From IMG/VR virus record IMGVR_UViG_2706794694_000015: a DNA stretch of 44,174 bases. The stretch is one strand, 5' to 3'. Positions within the stretch are counted from its first letter, which is position 1; each line of letters opens with the position of its first letter. Source of the DNA: a virus (taxonomy: Duplodnaviria > Heunggongvirae > Uroviricota > Caudoviricetes). The notes under the pieces are model-generated. The model saw only the letters and a list, made by a program, of their open reading frames with translations, was not told where the DNA came from and searched no databases. A program made the translations under genes and the position numbers. This document shows positions 9,796 to 18,634 of this stretch, in pieces.

Positions 9796-10236
9796 ATGAA
9801 AAATATTGCGACAGGCGACGTTCTTGAACGTATCCGCAGACTGGCCCCGTCACATGTAACCGCGCCATTCAAGACGGTAGCGGAGTGGCGCGAGTGGCAA
9901 CTTTCCGAAGGCCAGAAACGTTGTGAGGAGATCAACCGTCAGAATCGTCAGTTGCGGGTGGAAAAAATTCTGAATCGCTCTGGCATCCAGCCATTGCACC
10001 GCAAATGCTCGTTTTCGAATTACCAGGTGCAGAACGAAGCGCAGCGATACGCGTTGAGTCAGGCGAAATCCATCGCTGATGAACTGATGACCGGGTGTAC
10101 AAATTTTGCGTTCAGCGGAAAACCTGGTACCGGGAAGAACCACTTAGCGGCAGCTATCGGGAATCGCCTGCTGAAAGACGGTCAGACAGTGATTGTGGTT
10201 ACCGTGGCTGATGTTATGAGTGCCCTGCACGCCAGC
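9796..10236 (+). CDS. ydaV: DnaC-like replication protein YdaV, N-terminal 147 codons only; 3' end lost in N-run
   Basis: Walker A motif FSGKPGTGKNHLAAAIG; ORF runs into Ns at 10237. Confidence 0.8.
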
Positions 10237-10414
10237 NNNNNNNNNNNNNNNNNNNNNNNNNNNNNNNNNNNNNNNNNNNNNNNNNNNNNNNNNNNNNNNN
10301 NNNNNNNNNNNNNNNNNNNNNNNNNNNNNNNNNNNNNNNNNNNNNNNNNNNNNNNNNNNNNNNNNNNNNNNNNNNNNNNNNNNNNNNNNNNNNNNNNNNN
10401 NNNNNNNNNNNNNN
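10237..10414. other. N-run (178 nt): masked sequence or assembly gap
   Basis: Uninterrupted n characters. Confidence 1.
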
Positions 10415-10438
10415 AATTTTTACCGGGAGGAAATTTTT

Positions 10439-11200
10439 ATGGAGACTGTTTTTGACGCACTGAAAGCAATGGGAAAAGCCACATCCATAGAACTTGCTGC
10501 GCGACTTGATATCAGTCGTGAAGAAGTGCTGAACGAACTATGGGAACTGAAAAAAGCTGGTTTCGTTGATAAAAGCGCGTACACCTGGCGTGTGGCTGAT
10601 AACAACGTTCAGCAGGAACAGCCAATGCAGGCAGAACTGCCGGAAGAAACCACCACGGCAACTGTAGTGAAAATCTCAGAGTGCGATTTAACCGCGACGA
10701 TTGAACAACGCGGACCACAAACGGCGGATGAACTGGCTACGCTGTTCGGTACAACATCCCGCAAAGTTGCTTCAACGCTGGCAATGGCAATCAGCAAAGG
10801 ACGCCTGATTCGCGTAAACCAGAACAGTAAATTTCGTTACTGCATGCCGGGCGATAATTTACCAGCAGAGCCGAAAGCTGCATCGGTAGCGGAAACTGAT
10901 GGTAAAGCCTTTCCTCAGCCAGCCGGTGTTGCGTTACCAGTACAGGAAGCGGCAACACAGGAAGATATTAAAACAGAAACTGTGGCGGACATTGTGCAGT
11001 CGCTGCCATCGTTTACTGAAACGCAAGCGGATGACCTAGTTTTACCATCGCTGCATATGGCAAACCGCGAACTGCGTCGGGCGAAAAATCATGTCCAGAA
11101 GTGGGAGCGAGTCTGCGCCGCGCTGCGGGAGCTGAACAAGCACCGGGATATTGTCCGACAGATTGTCGATTCCTCCAGTCGTATTGTGTCGGAAAAGTGA
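10439..11200 (+). CDS. Conserved phage hypothetical protein, 253 aa (possibly an intact YdaW-like protein)
   Basis: ATG at 10439 behind a GGGAGG RBS; [31 protein letters not shown] N-terminus suggests a winged helix; identity with ydaW is a guess from synteny. Confidence 0.6.
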   Translation: METVFDALKAMGKATSIELAARLDISREEVLNELWELKKAGFVDKSAYTWRVADNNVQQEQPMQAELPEETTTATVVKISECDLTATIEQRGPQTADELATLFGTTSRKVASTLAMAISKGRLIRVNQNSKFRYCMPGDNLPAEPKAASVAETDGKAFPQPAGVALPVQEAATQEDIKTETVADIVQSLPSFTETQADDLVLPSLHMANRELRRAKNHVQKWERVCAALRELNKHRDIVRQIVDSSSRIVSEK

Positions 11201-11215
11201 TTGCCGGAGGCGCTT

Positions 11216-11632
11216 ATGGCAAAAGTTTTTACACAGGAAGAGCGTGAAAAAATTAAGGAGCAGGTTGTTGAGTTGGTACGCCAGAGTGGGCGCGAGACGT
11301 TAAGGCAACTGGAGGCCAAGACAGGTGCGACAAGATATCTGATGAGCATTCTTGCCAGAGAGTTGGTTGCCAGTGGCGATGTATACAACTCTGGCTATGG
11401 GTTATTCCCGTCTGAACAGGCTCGTAAGGATTGGAAAAACGCCCGCAAAAAACTATCCAGGGCAAAGGTGAAAAAAACGGTTGTGGTTGATCCTGACCTT
11501 ATCTGGTCATTACCAGACGGAGAAATACGCCGCTATGACAGGCGTCAGAACATAATCTGTCGCGAGTGCCGGAAGAGTGAAGTTATGAAACGTGTACTGG
11601 CATTTTATCAAGGAAATCTTCGGTATTTATAG
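11216..11632 (+). CDS. Hypothetical protein, 138 aa from MAKVFTQEEREKIK...
   Basis: Track ORF 11201..11632; ATG at 11216 preceded by GGAGG; composition like the phage core. Confidence 0.55.
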   Translation: MAKVFTQEEREKIKEQVVELVRQSGRETLRQLEAKTGATRYLMSILARELVASGDVYNSGYGLFPSEQARKDWKNARKKLSRAKVKKTVVVDPDLIWSLPDGEIRRYDRRQNIICRECRKSEVMKRVLAFYQGNLRYL

Positions 11633-11788
11633 ACGTTACTAGATCAAAGAGCATTAGTTCATATGTAAATTGACATTTTTCTGGCACAGGGGAGAGCTAG
11701 CGTGGTTGTCCGCTTTGTGCCAATAGCGGACATTGCTGGCTCATGGTATGTTAGTTTAAGGAGGCAGGTTATGCCCTGTATTTCGCTG

Positions 11789-11797
11789 TGGTATAAT
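11789..11797 (+). promoter_or_regulatory. Candidate extended -10 promoter element (TGgTATAAT) for the cargo operon
   Basis: TGGTATAAT seen directly, about 35 nt upstream of the cargo GTG start; a TTGACA hexamer lies further upstream at 11670..11675. Confidence 0.4.
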
Positions 11798-11830
11798 AGT
11801 TGCGCAATTGATACAAGGGAGCGTTACATC

Positions 11831-12793
11831 GTGAAAATTGTTTTCGAGGTTAATGGAAAGAAAGTTCCACTAAAATCTTTAAAATACATAAGCAAAAAAG
11901 ATCAACTCGAAGTAATGAAAAACTGGTTCTTTGAAAACTTTGAAGATCCGGCAAATGCTTGTCCGTATGAAAGTAGAGAAGGTGGCTATGCTTACATATA
12001 TGGCGGGCCGTATGATGCGAGCGAAGAACTACAATCCATCTTCGGTCAATATGTTAAATCTGAGTATATTGAGGAATTAGTAGATGAATTACAAACACAA
12101 TGTTTTGACTGGTCTGGAAACTCAAATAATATAGATGATTGGTACGATGATGATATCTACGACGCTGTAACGTCTTCCGGTAATCCGTATTTAAAATTCA
12201 TTGATAATATCGATAAAATAAAAAAACTTGCAAAAGATAAAACTGAACAACAGCAAAAAAACCACTTGCTTAGTTTGCTCTACACGAATGTTATTACAGC
12301 TTTGGAAACGCTTTATGTTGAGCTATTCATTAATTCTATAGAGAAAGATGATGTCTACATAGCCAATTGTATAGAAAAAGGTAAGACTGAATTTAAAGTA
12401 AGCAAAGATATTGCTGCGTTGCCTTTCAAGGGTGAACCCATCGAGAAAATTAGGGGAGAGCTAATCAGGTCAATCAAGGAACACTTGATCAGTGCAAGCT
12501 GGCATAGCACTAAAAAGGTAATCGACCGCTATGAAGCTACATTCGATATAAAAGTACAAAAAGACTGTCCGATAGAAGCTATTGAATTGGCAACCCTCAA
12601 TCGAAATCACTTAGTGCATCGTGGTGGAAAGGATAAAGAAGGGAACCTCGTAGTGATTACAGACCAGGATCTTGAAACGCTGATTGAAAATGCATCGAAC
12701 CTGGCAATTATGCTCTACAACAGTTTAAATGTAGCAACGAATAAAACCACCATTTTGCAACCAGATGACAAACCGTTCATTCATGAATTTTAA
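11831..12793 (+). CDS. Cargo gene A: unknown protein, 320 aa, AT-rich; C-terminal helical region with R-x4-H (HEPN-like?) motif
   Basis: Long ORF (track 11702..12793); GTG at 11831 preceded by AAGGGAG at 9-nt spacing; LNRNHLVHRGG encoded at 12599..12631. Confidence 0.7.
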   Translation: MKIVFEVNGKKVPLKSLKYISKKDQLEVMKNWFFENFEDPANACPYESREGGYAYIYGGPYDASEELQSIFGQYVKSEYIEELVDELQTQCFDWSGNSNNIDDWYDDDIYDAVTSSGNPYLKFIDNIDKIKKLAKDKTEQQQKNHLLSLLYTNVITALETLYVELFINSIEKDDVYIANCIEKGKTEFKVSKDIAALPFKGEPIEKIRGELIRSIKEHLISASWHSTKKVIDRYEATFDIKVQKDCPIEAIELATLNRNHLVHRGGKDKEGNLVVITDQDLETLIENASNLAIMLYNSLNVATNKTTILQPDDKPFIHEF

Positions 12794-12808
12794 TAGCGCA
12801 GGTCATAC

Positions 12809-13810
12809 ATGGATATTCGCACACGAAAGACAAAATTTTTAGAGTCGTTAGATTCAACTGAAGTGATACGCAAAGCAGTAAGTCTCGCTATAGATTGCAT
12901 TATTGATAATCATAATAGTAATGAAGATACCCCCTTAGTTATTACCAGCTATGATGATCTCTGTAGAATCCAGGTGCTAAATTATGTACAGGAGTTTTGC
13001 GAAGCTGCATTCCCTGATATGGATGAATATTACTTTAGTCCTAACATACTTCGCATCAACGGCAAGACTAGTGAAGAAGCTTGTATTAACTTAATTAAAC
13101 TCTTAAGAAGTACAAAAGGCATGCTATTCTGGTCCGATGCCCCATCGTGGTTCGCTAGCCTCCCCGACGGATTATTCCATGTTGTTAACATTGATCAAAA
13201 AATCGTTACTCGCGGCCTTAATAAGAAAAACTCTAAGCCGACAATAATCAATAAAGATTACAGTGTAGATACACTACTATCAGAGCTATTTTTGAATGGC
13301 GCACACATGGAGCAACCCAACGTACACAACGTTTCTGAGGGAAACATGAAGTTCTATGATGAATGCCATGCTGGATTAATCAGACCAATACCCGCTCCAA
13401 TAGGCGCGTCATACGATGAAGAGATCACAATTAATTCTCCAGATTGGCAAAAGCTCGCGTGTGTAGCTTTACGCCGCTATCAGTCGAAGGAATGTCATGA
13501 CGGAATGCAATGGGATACAACCGATCATGGTTGGACTGATGTAATCGCGTATCCATTCGTCGAAGAAATACAATCAATGGATAATAGTGGTTATCGACAA
13601 TGTTTAGTTGGGCTGGTCACAATAAACAATTCAAATGCAAATTCTCCGTACCTATCTACCGTTTGGATACATCCATTTTATCGCAGGAGAGGGTTATTAA
13701 GTAAGTTATGGCCAAAATTACAAGAGTTATATGGAAGTAACTTCGAAATTGAGCGACCTAATGAAAATATGAAAGCATTTCTGAAAAGTGCGAAACACGC
13801 AGATTACTAA
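12809..13810 (+). CDS. Cargo gene B: unknown protein, 333 aa, AT-rich; C-terminal segment resembles a GNAT acyltransferase core
   Basis: Full ORF 16 nt downstream of gene A; C-terminal VWIHPFYRRRGLLSKLW...NENMKAFLKSAKH resembles GNAT motifs A/B. Confidence 0.7.
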   Translation: MDIRTRKTKFLESLDSTEVIRKAVSLAIDCIIDNHNSNEDTPLVITSYDDLCRIQVLNYVQEFCEAAFPDMDEYYFSPNILRINGKTSEEACINLIKLLRSTKGMLFWSDAPSWFASLPDGLFHVVNIDQKIVTRGLNKKNSKPTIINKDYSVDTLLSELFLNGAHMEQPNVHNVSEGNMKFYDECHAGLIRPIPAPIGASYDEEITINSPDWQKLACVALRRYQSKECHDGMQWDTTDHGWTDVIAYPFVEEIQSMDNSGYRQCLVGLVTINNSNANSPYLSTVWIHPFYRRRGLLSKLWPKLQELYGSNFEIERPNENMKAFLKSAKHADY

Positions 13811-14430
13811 TTTATGAATCAGTCTGTGGAGTTAGGGTTGGTGTGAACAAGTAGGGTAAGAGCCTCAACGTGATGCTATGCCGACCTGCTCCCTGAGAAT
13901 TCACACAGAAGGCTGCTAGCAATGTCTGCAGATCGCTCAAAGCGGACTAAAATGTTGGCTTGTTTCTGACTTAGAGCATTTAAGGAAGTGCTGGTGGTGA
14001 CTGGTTGTTGTGTTCCATTTCTACAGAATAAAATCACAGAAACTATACCCAATAGTTGTATTGAATCACTGACGAGACAGCCTCATATTTATCAGGACTG
14101 GTGTGCGTCTAATACAGGGGGTTGTCGTGCTGGTTCTCAAATGTGCGCTGGCTATTGCGGCTGTAATGGCAATTTATTGTCTTGCTGTTGTTCTTATGGA
14201 GCGGCTTTCTGATTGATTACATACTGGCTAGAAAAAAGGTGTTACCTTGGTTTATCTTTGTCCGGCAAGGTGCGCTCATTAATCTTAAGTAAATTTATTG
14301 CTCAAGTATTCAGATTACTTCTTATGGTTGAAGTCTCCTGTCAATGTAGAACCAATATATTTACAAAAATGAGACCCGTCGGGGATAGCCCTGCCGGGTC
14401 TGACTGTTAAAGCATTTTTAATATGATCAT

Positions 14431-14769
14431 CTATTTTTTGGTGCTATAGACTTTTTCGCCCGAAAAGTCTGGAGCGACCCAAAAGTTAATATTAAACTGA
14501 GCATCATCGCTTAGTTCAACACGGTGCCAGTATTGTGGTGGGCTTGTTGCAAAAGCGCCAGCATTAATGACTACTTTTATCTCCGGTTCAGTAGCATTCT
14601 CATCAGTAAAACCATAATATGTTACAGTGCCTTCCATTACGCACAACTGCCCAAAAACACCTGCTGCTGTATTATGATGTGTTAATAACGCTGAAGGTAC
14701 GTTCTCTTTTGTGAAGAACGGAGTTGAGCGTTTGATTACCCAATCTTTAGGAATTCTCTTGTGTGTCAT
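14431..14769 (-). CDS. YeaR-like DUF1971 protein, 112 aa from MTHKRIPKDW...
   Basis: Track ORF 14431..14793; internal ATG preceded by GGAGGAGGTGG RBS; resembles recalled E. coli YeaR. Confidence 0.65.
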   Translation of the reverse strand: MTHKRIPKDWVIKRSTPFFTKENVPSALLTHHNTAAGVFGQLCVMEGTVTYYGFTDENATEPEIKVVINAGAFATSPPQYWHRVELSDDAQFNINFWVAPDFSGEKVYSTKK

Positions 14770-15582
14770 AACCACCTCCTCCAAAACATGCATTAAAAAT
14801 GCATCTTTTGGAGGGTTATGTCAAGCTGTTATGAAACACATAATTGATATGTTGATTAGAGGAGAAGATAGAATAAATATGGTTGTTTTTCGTATAACTA
14901 TTTGTTTTACTTTTAGTTTATGCATTCTGTGTGTTAGGAATAAGTTATTAAAGTTTAATCAAAAAATCTCGATGTAGTCCACATAGATTACTGTTACTGA
15001 ACCTTATTGTGTGTATTAGTTGTGTTCTGAAATTTCAGCTTAATTATTTATGATGTATTTTTTAACGATAAATATTTTCCCAGGATACCTTTACTGTGTA
15101 TATAAATAAATTATATACGCATAAATAATGTAAAGGCGTCCTTTTAGATATATCTTATCAAATGTTAATGACTTGAGTGGGAAATATGATTCCAGCAACT
15201 TATCATGTGGCTACTTTATAAAAATAATGCCCATATAAAACAACAAGCGAAAAGGATTACGGATAAAAAAGGAGCGAGATGTGCGAACTTGTTATTTTCC
15301 ATGTTTAACCACCTTAAATAATTGATGATGACGGGATGATTGCATCTGTAATGCTTTTATTGAAATGTTATGATAAAAAAGAACTTTTGCATAACATTAA
15401 AATGTAATTTATCTAATCGTTTTTAATAATAAGTGTCGTATTTCTATCCTTGTACCAGCTATTTGATATGTAGTGTTTGTTCATGCTATGTGGGGCTTTA
15501 CACCATAGCCAGTTTATTTATACTTTATTCGTCAGCCTGAACAACTGGCATCTGCTGCGCTGCGCCATCGAGAGATTGAGAA

Positions 15583-16182
15583 ATGGCGCATATACAACTG
15601 GTCAAACAAACCTCTTCTGGTTTACTTCTCCCGGCGACGCCGGAGAGTTGCGATTTTCTGCATCAAATCAAAATAGGTGAGTGGATACACGCAGACTTTA
15701 AGCGTGTGCGTAACTACGCATTCCACAAGCGTTTTTTCAAACTCCTGCAACTGGGATTCGATTACTGGACTCCGGTCGGTGGGGCGATCACGCCTCGCGA
15801 ACGAGAACTGCTGTCTGGTTTCGTTGATTACCTGTGCGAATCAGTTGGTCGGGAACACACGCCAGCCCTGAGTGATGCCGCAGAGCAATACCTTAACACC
15901 GTTGCGACTCGTAGAACCCGGGATACGGCGTTGCTAAAGTCGTTTGAGGCTTTCCGCGAGTGGGTAACCATTCAGGCCGGATTTTACACCGAGCATATTT
16001 ATCCGGACGGTAGCCGTGGGCGTCGGGCAAAATCCATCGCTTTTGCGAATATGGACGAAGTCGAGTTTCAGCAGGTTTATAAATCTGTACTGAATGTGCT
16101 GTGGAACTGGATTCTGTTCCGTAAATTCTCCTCTCAGGAGGAAGTTGAAAATGTGGCCGCACAACTACTGGAGTTTGCGTAA
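15583..16182 (+). CDS. Conserved lambdoid nin-region protein, 199 aa (recalled as DUF1367-like)
   Basis: Full ORF with core-like composition; start/stop coupled to the next gene; family name from memory only. Confidence 0.6.
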   Translation: MAHIQLVKQTSSGLLLPATPESCDFLHQIKIGEWIHADFKRVRNYAFHKRFFKLLQLGFDYWTPVGGAITPRERELLSGFVDYLCESVGREHTPALSDAAEQYLNTVATRRTRDTALLKSFEAFREWVTIQAGFYTEHIYPDGSRGRRAKSIAFANMDEVEFQQVYKSVLNVLWNWILFRKFSSQEEVENVAAQLLEFA

Positions 16183-16472
16183 TGGTGAATTTACGTAAAG
16201 CGGCTAAAGGCCAGATGTGCCAGATCAGAATCCCTGGCTACTGCAATCACAATCCCGAAACCTCTGTGCTGGCGCATTACAGGCTGGCGGGGACGTGCGG
16301 AACAGCGACAAAACCACATGATATGCAGGCGGCGATAGCCTGTAGCTCATGCCACGATCTAATCGACGGGCGGGTAAAAACCAGCGATTACACCAAAGAA
16401 GAATTGCGCCTGATGCATGCTGAAGGGGTTTTTCGCACACAAGAAATCTGGAGAAAGAAAGGTCATTTATGA
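16182..16472 (+). CDS. YbcO-like Cys/His-rich protein (DUF1364, putative nuclease), 96 aa
   Basis: 96-aa ORF with multiple Cys/His; same length as recalled DLP12 YbcO; overlaps the following gene start. Confidence 0.6.
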   Translation: MVNLRKAAKGQMCQIRIPGYCNHNPETSVLAHYRLAGTCGTATKPHDMQAAIACSSCHDLIDGRVKTSDYTKEELRLMHAEGVFRTQEIWRKKGHL

Positions 16473-17011
16473 TTTACCCAACGAATACAGGAAAAAGCGG
16501 AGAACACCTTCGCCTCACCACGCTGGAAAGTGTCTGGATTCAGGGAAAACTACGTATGTGGGGGCGCTGGTCGTATATTGGCGGTGGCAGGTCAGGGAAT
16601 ATGTTCAATCAGTTGTTGGCATCCAAAAAACTGACGAAAACAGCCATTAATGAAGCCCTGCGCAGAATGAAAAAAGCGGGAATAGAGAAAGCTGAGCTGG
16701 AAGCGTTTTTGCGAGAGATGATCAACGGCAAGCAAAAGAGCTGGCTGGCGCATTGTACTGATGCAGAGGCGTTATGTATTGATCGAGTCATAAGTGAGGT
16801 GCTGGCAGAGCATCCAGGATTGATTTGCATTCTCCGGCAACGCTATGAAGGGCGGGGGATGACTAAGCGCAAAATGGCTGAATTGCTAAATGATGCACAC
16901 CCAGAGTGGTGTTTTAGCACATGCGAAAAACGGATTGCTAATTGGTTAGCTGTTGCTGAGTATGCCCTATATATTCCCATGCGTGAATCATTTGCTGAGA
17001 AAATGGCTTGA
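16469..17011 (+). CDS. Putative late-gene antiterminator Q-like protein (phage 21/82 type), 180 aa
   Basis: Last gene before about 1 kb of non-coding DNA with intrinsic terminators and then the lysis cassette; Cys-containing C-terminal half; assignment rests mainly on position. Confidence 0.55.
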   Translation: MIYPTNTGKSGEHLRLTTLESVWIQGKLRMWGRWSYIGGGRSGNMFNQLLASKKLTKTAINEALRRMKKAGIEKAELEAFLREMINGKQKSWLAHCTDAEALCIDRVISEVLAEHPGLICILRQRYEGRGMTKRKMAELLNDAHPEWCFSTCEKRIANWLAVAEYALYIPMRESFAEKMA

Positions 17012-17091
17012 TTTCTTACGTATAAACTGCTTCAATTTTGCTATGCTTCGCAAAGCTGTATCGCGAGGCGGATTGCAGACATGGACATCGT

Positions 17092-17118
17092 AAAAAAACC
17101 GCTTAATGCGGTTTTTTT
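17092..17118. terminator. Bidirectional intrinsic terminator (tR'-like) about 85 nt downstream of the Q-like gene
   Basis: AAAAAAACCGC-TTAAT-GCGGTTTTTTT: GC stem flanked by A-run and T-run. Confidence 0.65.
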
Positions 17119-17438
17119 ACGTCAGGAAAGCAGGGGAGAATGCTGCTAGTTGGGCAACTGGTCTTTCTGCTCCAAATTATAACAGAGACCAGTTATAGTT
17201 TCGGTGCTGTGTTTTTTTTACAATATTGTGATAACACATTGCTGGCGGGAGTTTTGATATTTCTTGGCAGGGGCTGATGATGCGTTATCCTGATGTCGTC
17301 AACTCATATAAAATGAGATGAGAGATCATTGCAGGGTGGTTTGTAATTCGCTGTTTAGCGGGACAATATGTTGTCTGATACAAGACACCCGACGCCTCAG
17401 ATTACTATAATAAAGACGAAGCATCCTTTGTATTGACC

Positions 17439-17465
17439 AACCGCCTGTTTAGGCGGTTCTTTTTG
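17439..17465 (+). terminator. Second intrinsic terminator in the Q-to-moron leader
   Basis: AACCGCC-TGTTTA-GGCGGTT followed by CTTTTT. Confidence 0.55.
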
Positions 17466-17996
17466 GGCTGGTTTATTGTATGCCAAATGATTATTAAAAA
17501 GGTTGTGTTAATAACAAGATCCGAAATAATATGCCTGCATATTTTTATCTTGCTTATATTCTGCATATTGTGCATAGCAGGCTCATCCCTGCAATCAAAA
17601 CTGTATGATGAGTATTTTTTGTTTTCCTTTTTTCCAGTCATCTGATGATGACCTGCTTCTTTTTAATCCGGATCGACATCAGTTTTTTAAGATAATTCCT
17701 GCGAGTTATATGCATAAATGCCACAAACTCCGCATTTTATGTGGTTGGGAGTTGCCGGGCGCGCAGTGAGTTTGCTAAGAAAACTCCTGCATGGTGAATC
17801 CCCCTGTGCGGTGGGGTGATACCATTAACCTTTTCTGTCGCCGACAGGTATCACGAACATTTTGTTCACCGGGAGGCACCCGGCACCATGCACTTCAATA
17901 GATTCTCTCCACATTATGGATATTCTTTCAGAATATCCCACGCAGACTTTGTGTAAATGTTAACAAATGTGCGTTTTATTTGATCTGATTCGCTGT

Positions 17997-18024
17997 TTGA
18001 GCGTCCAAAACAACGGTATATATA
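17997..18024 (+). promoter_or_regulatory. Candidate sigma70 promoter for the lipoprotein moron
   Basis: -35 TTGAGC (17997..18002), 16-nt spacer, -10 TATAAT (18019..18024), about 30 nt upstream of the ATG at 18056. Confidence 0.45.
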
Positions 18025-18055
18025 ATCCTTTACTATATGACATATGTGAGGAAAA

Positions 18056-18484
18056 ATGGGTTTTCGTAGCGCATCAATTCTTACGTTGATTATTAGTGGG
18101 ATTATTATCGGGTGCACTGATGCTGTATCGACAAATTATCATGACCGTACATCATATTACTCCGATAAAGCAATAGAGACACAGTATGTGAGTTCATCTG
18201 AACGTACTTCTGATGTTAGTGAGGATATCCGTCTGTATGCCCATCAAATCAAGAGCGCCATCGAAAAACAGTTCGGGGATGCGAGTAAGTATTCAGGAAA
18301 AGAGTGTACACTGAGAATGCATATGGCCCCGAATGGCCTTCTACTGGAGGTTAAAAGAGAAAGTGGAGACCTCGATTTATGTCGTGAAGCGATGAATGCG
18401 ATAAAGAATGCTGATATACCTGCCCCCCCTTCGCCGGAAGTATATAAAGTATTTCAAAATGGGGTGCTGGATTTTAAACCCTGA
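18056..18484 (+). CDS. Lipoprotein with TolA C-terminal domain (domain III)-like region, 142 aa
   Basis: Signal peptide with lipobox IIIGC; C-terminal YAHQIKSAIEKQFGDASKYSGKECTLRMHMAPNGLLLEVK...LCREAMNAIKNADIPAPPSPEVYKVFQNGVLDFKP closely resembles the recalled TolA C-terminus. Confidence 0.75.
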   Translation: MGFRSASILTLIISGIIIGCTDAVSTNYHDRTSYYSDKAIETQYVSSSERTSDVSEDIRLYAHQIKSAIEKQFGDASKYSGKECTLRMHMAPNGLLLEVKRESGDLDLCREAMNAIKNADIPAPPSPEVYKVFQNGVLDFKP

Positions 18485-18634
18485 TATTTATTGTTTTGTA
18501 ATAAACGGTTTCGGCTTAGGTTTGTTCTGACACAGCTACGGCACTGAGCTAAATTTAGCGGATAGTCAGCTCTGAGCCAGTGGCGGACGTAACAACTACT
18601 ATTGCTGAGATTTTAATGGATTGAGGAGCAAGAA

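Noticed and set aside
9360-9935. 191-aa ORF on the minus strand
   Set aside because: Entirely antisense to ydaU and the ydaV start; Ser/Arg-rich low-complexity translation typical of a spurious antisense frame.
10237-10414. N-runs considered as possible biological features such as deletions
   Set aside because: Runs of n are masking or assembly gaps and carry no sequence information.
13988-14212. 74-aa Cys-rich ORF (12 Cys) between cargo gene B and the YeaR-like gene, considered as a possible Cys-rich peptide
   Set aside because: GTG start directly abuts the only purine-rich stretch, leaving no spacing for an RBS, and the Cys are not in recognisable CxxC pairs; cannot be excluded without conservation data.
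15270-15300. Perfect AAGGAG RBS followed by a 9-codon ORF (MCELVIFHV) in the AT-rich tract
   Set aside because: Too short to support as a gene; likely chance in AT-rich DNA; could be a leader peptide but there is no evidence.
17405-18117. 78-aa and 67-aa minus-strand ORFs in the late leader
   Set aside because: AT-rich leader DNA; overlap terminator and promoter elements; no RBS.
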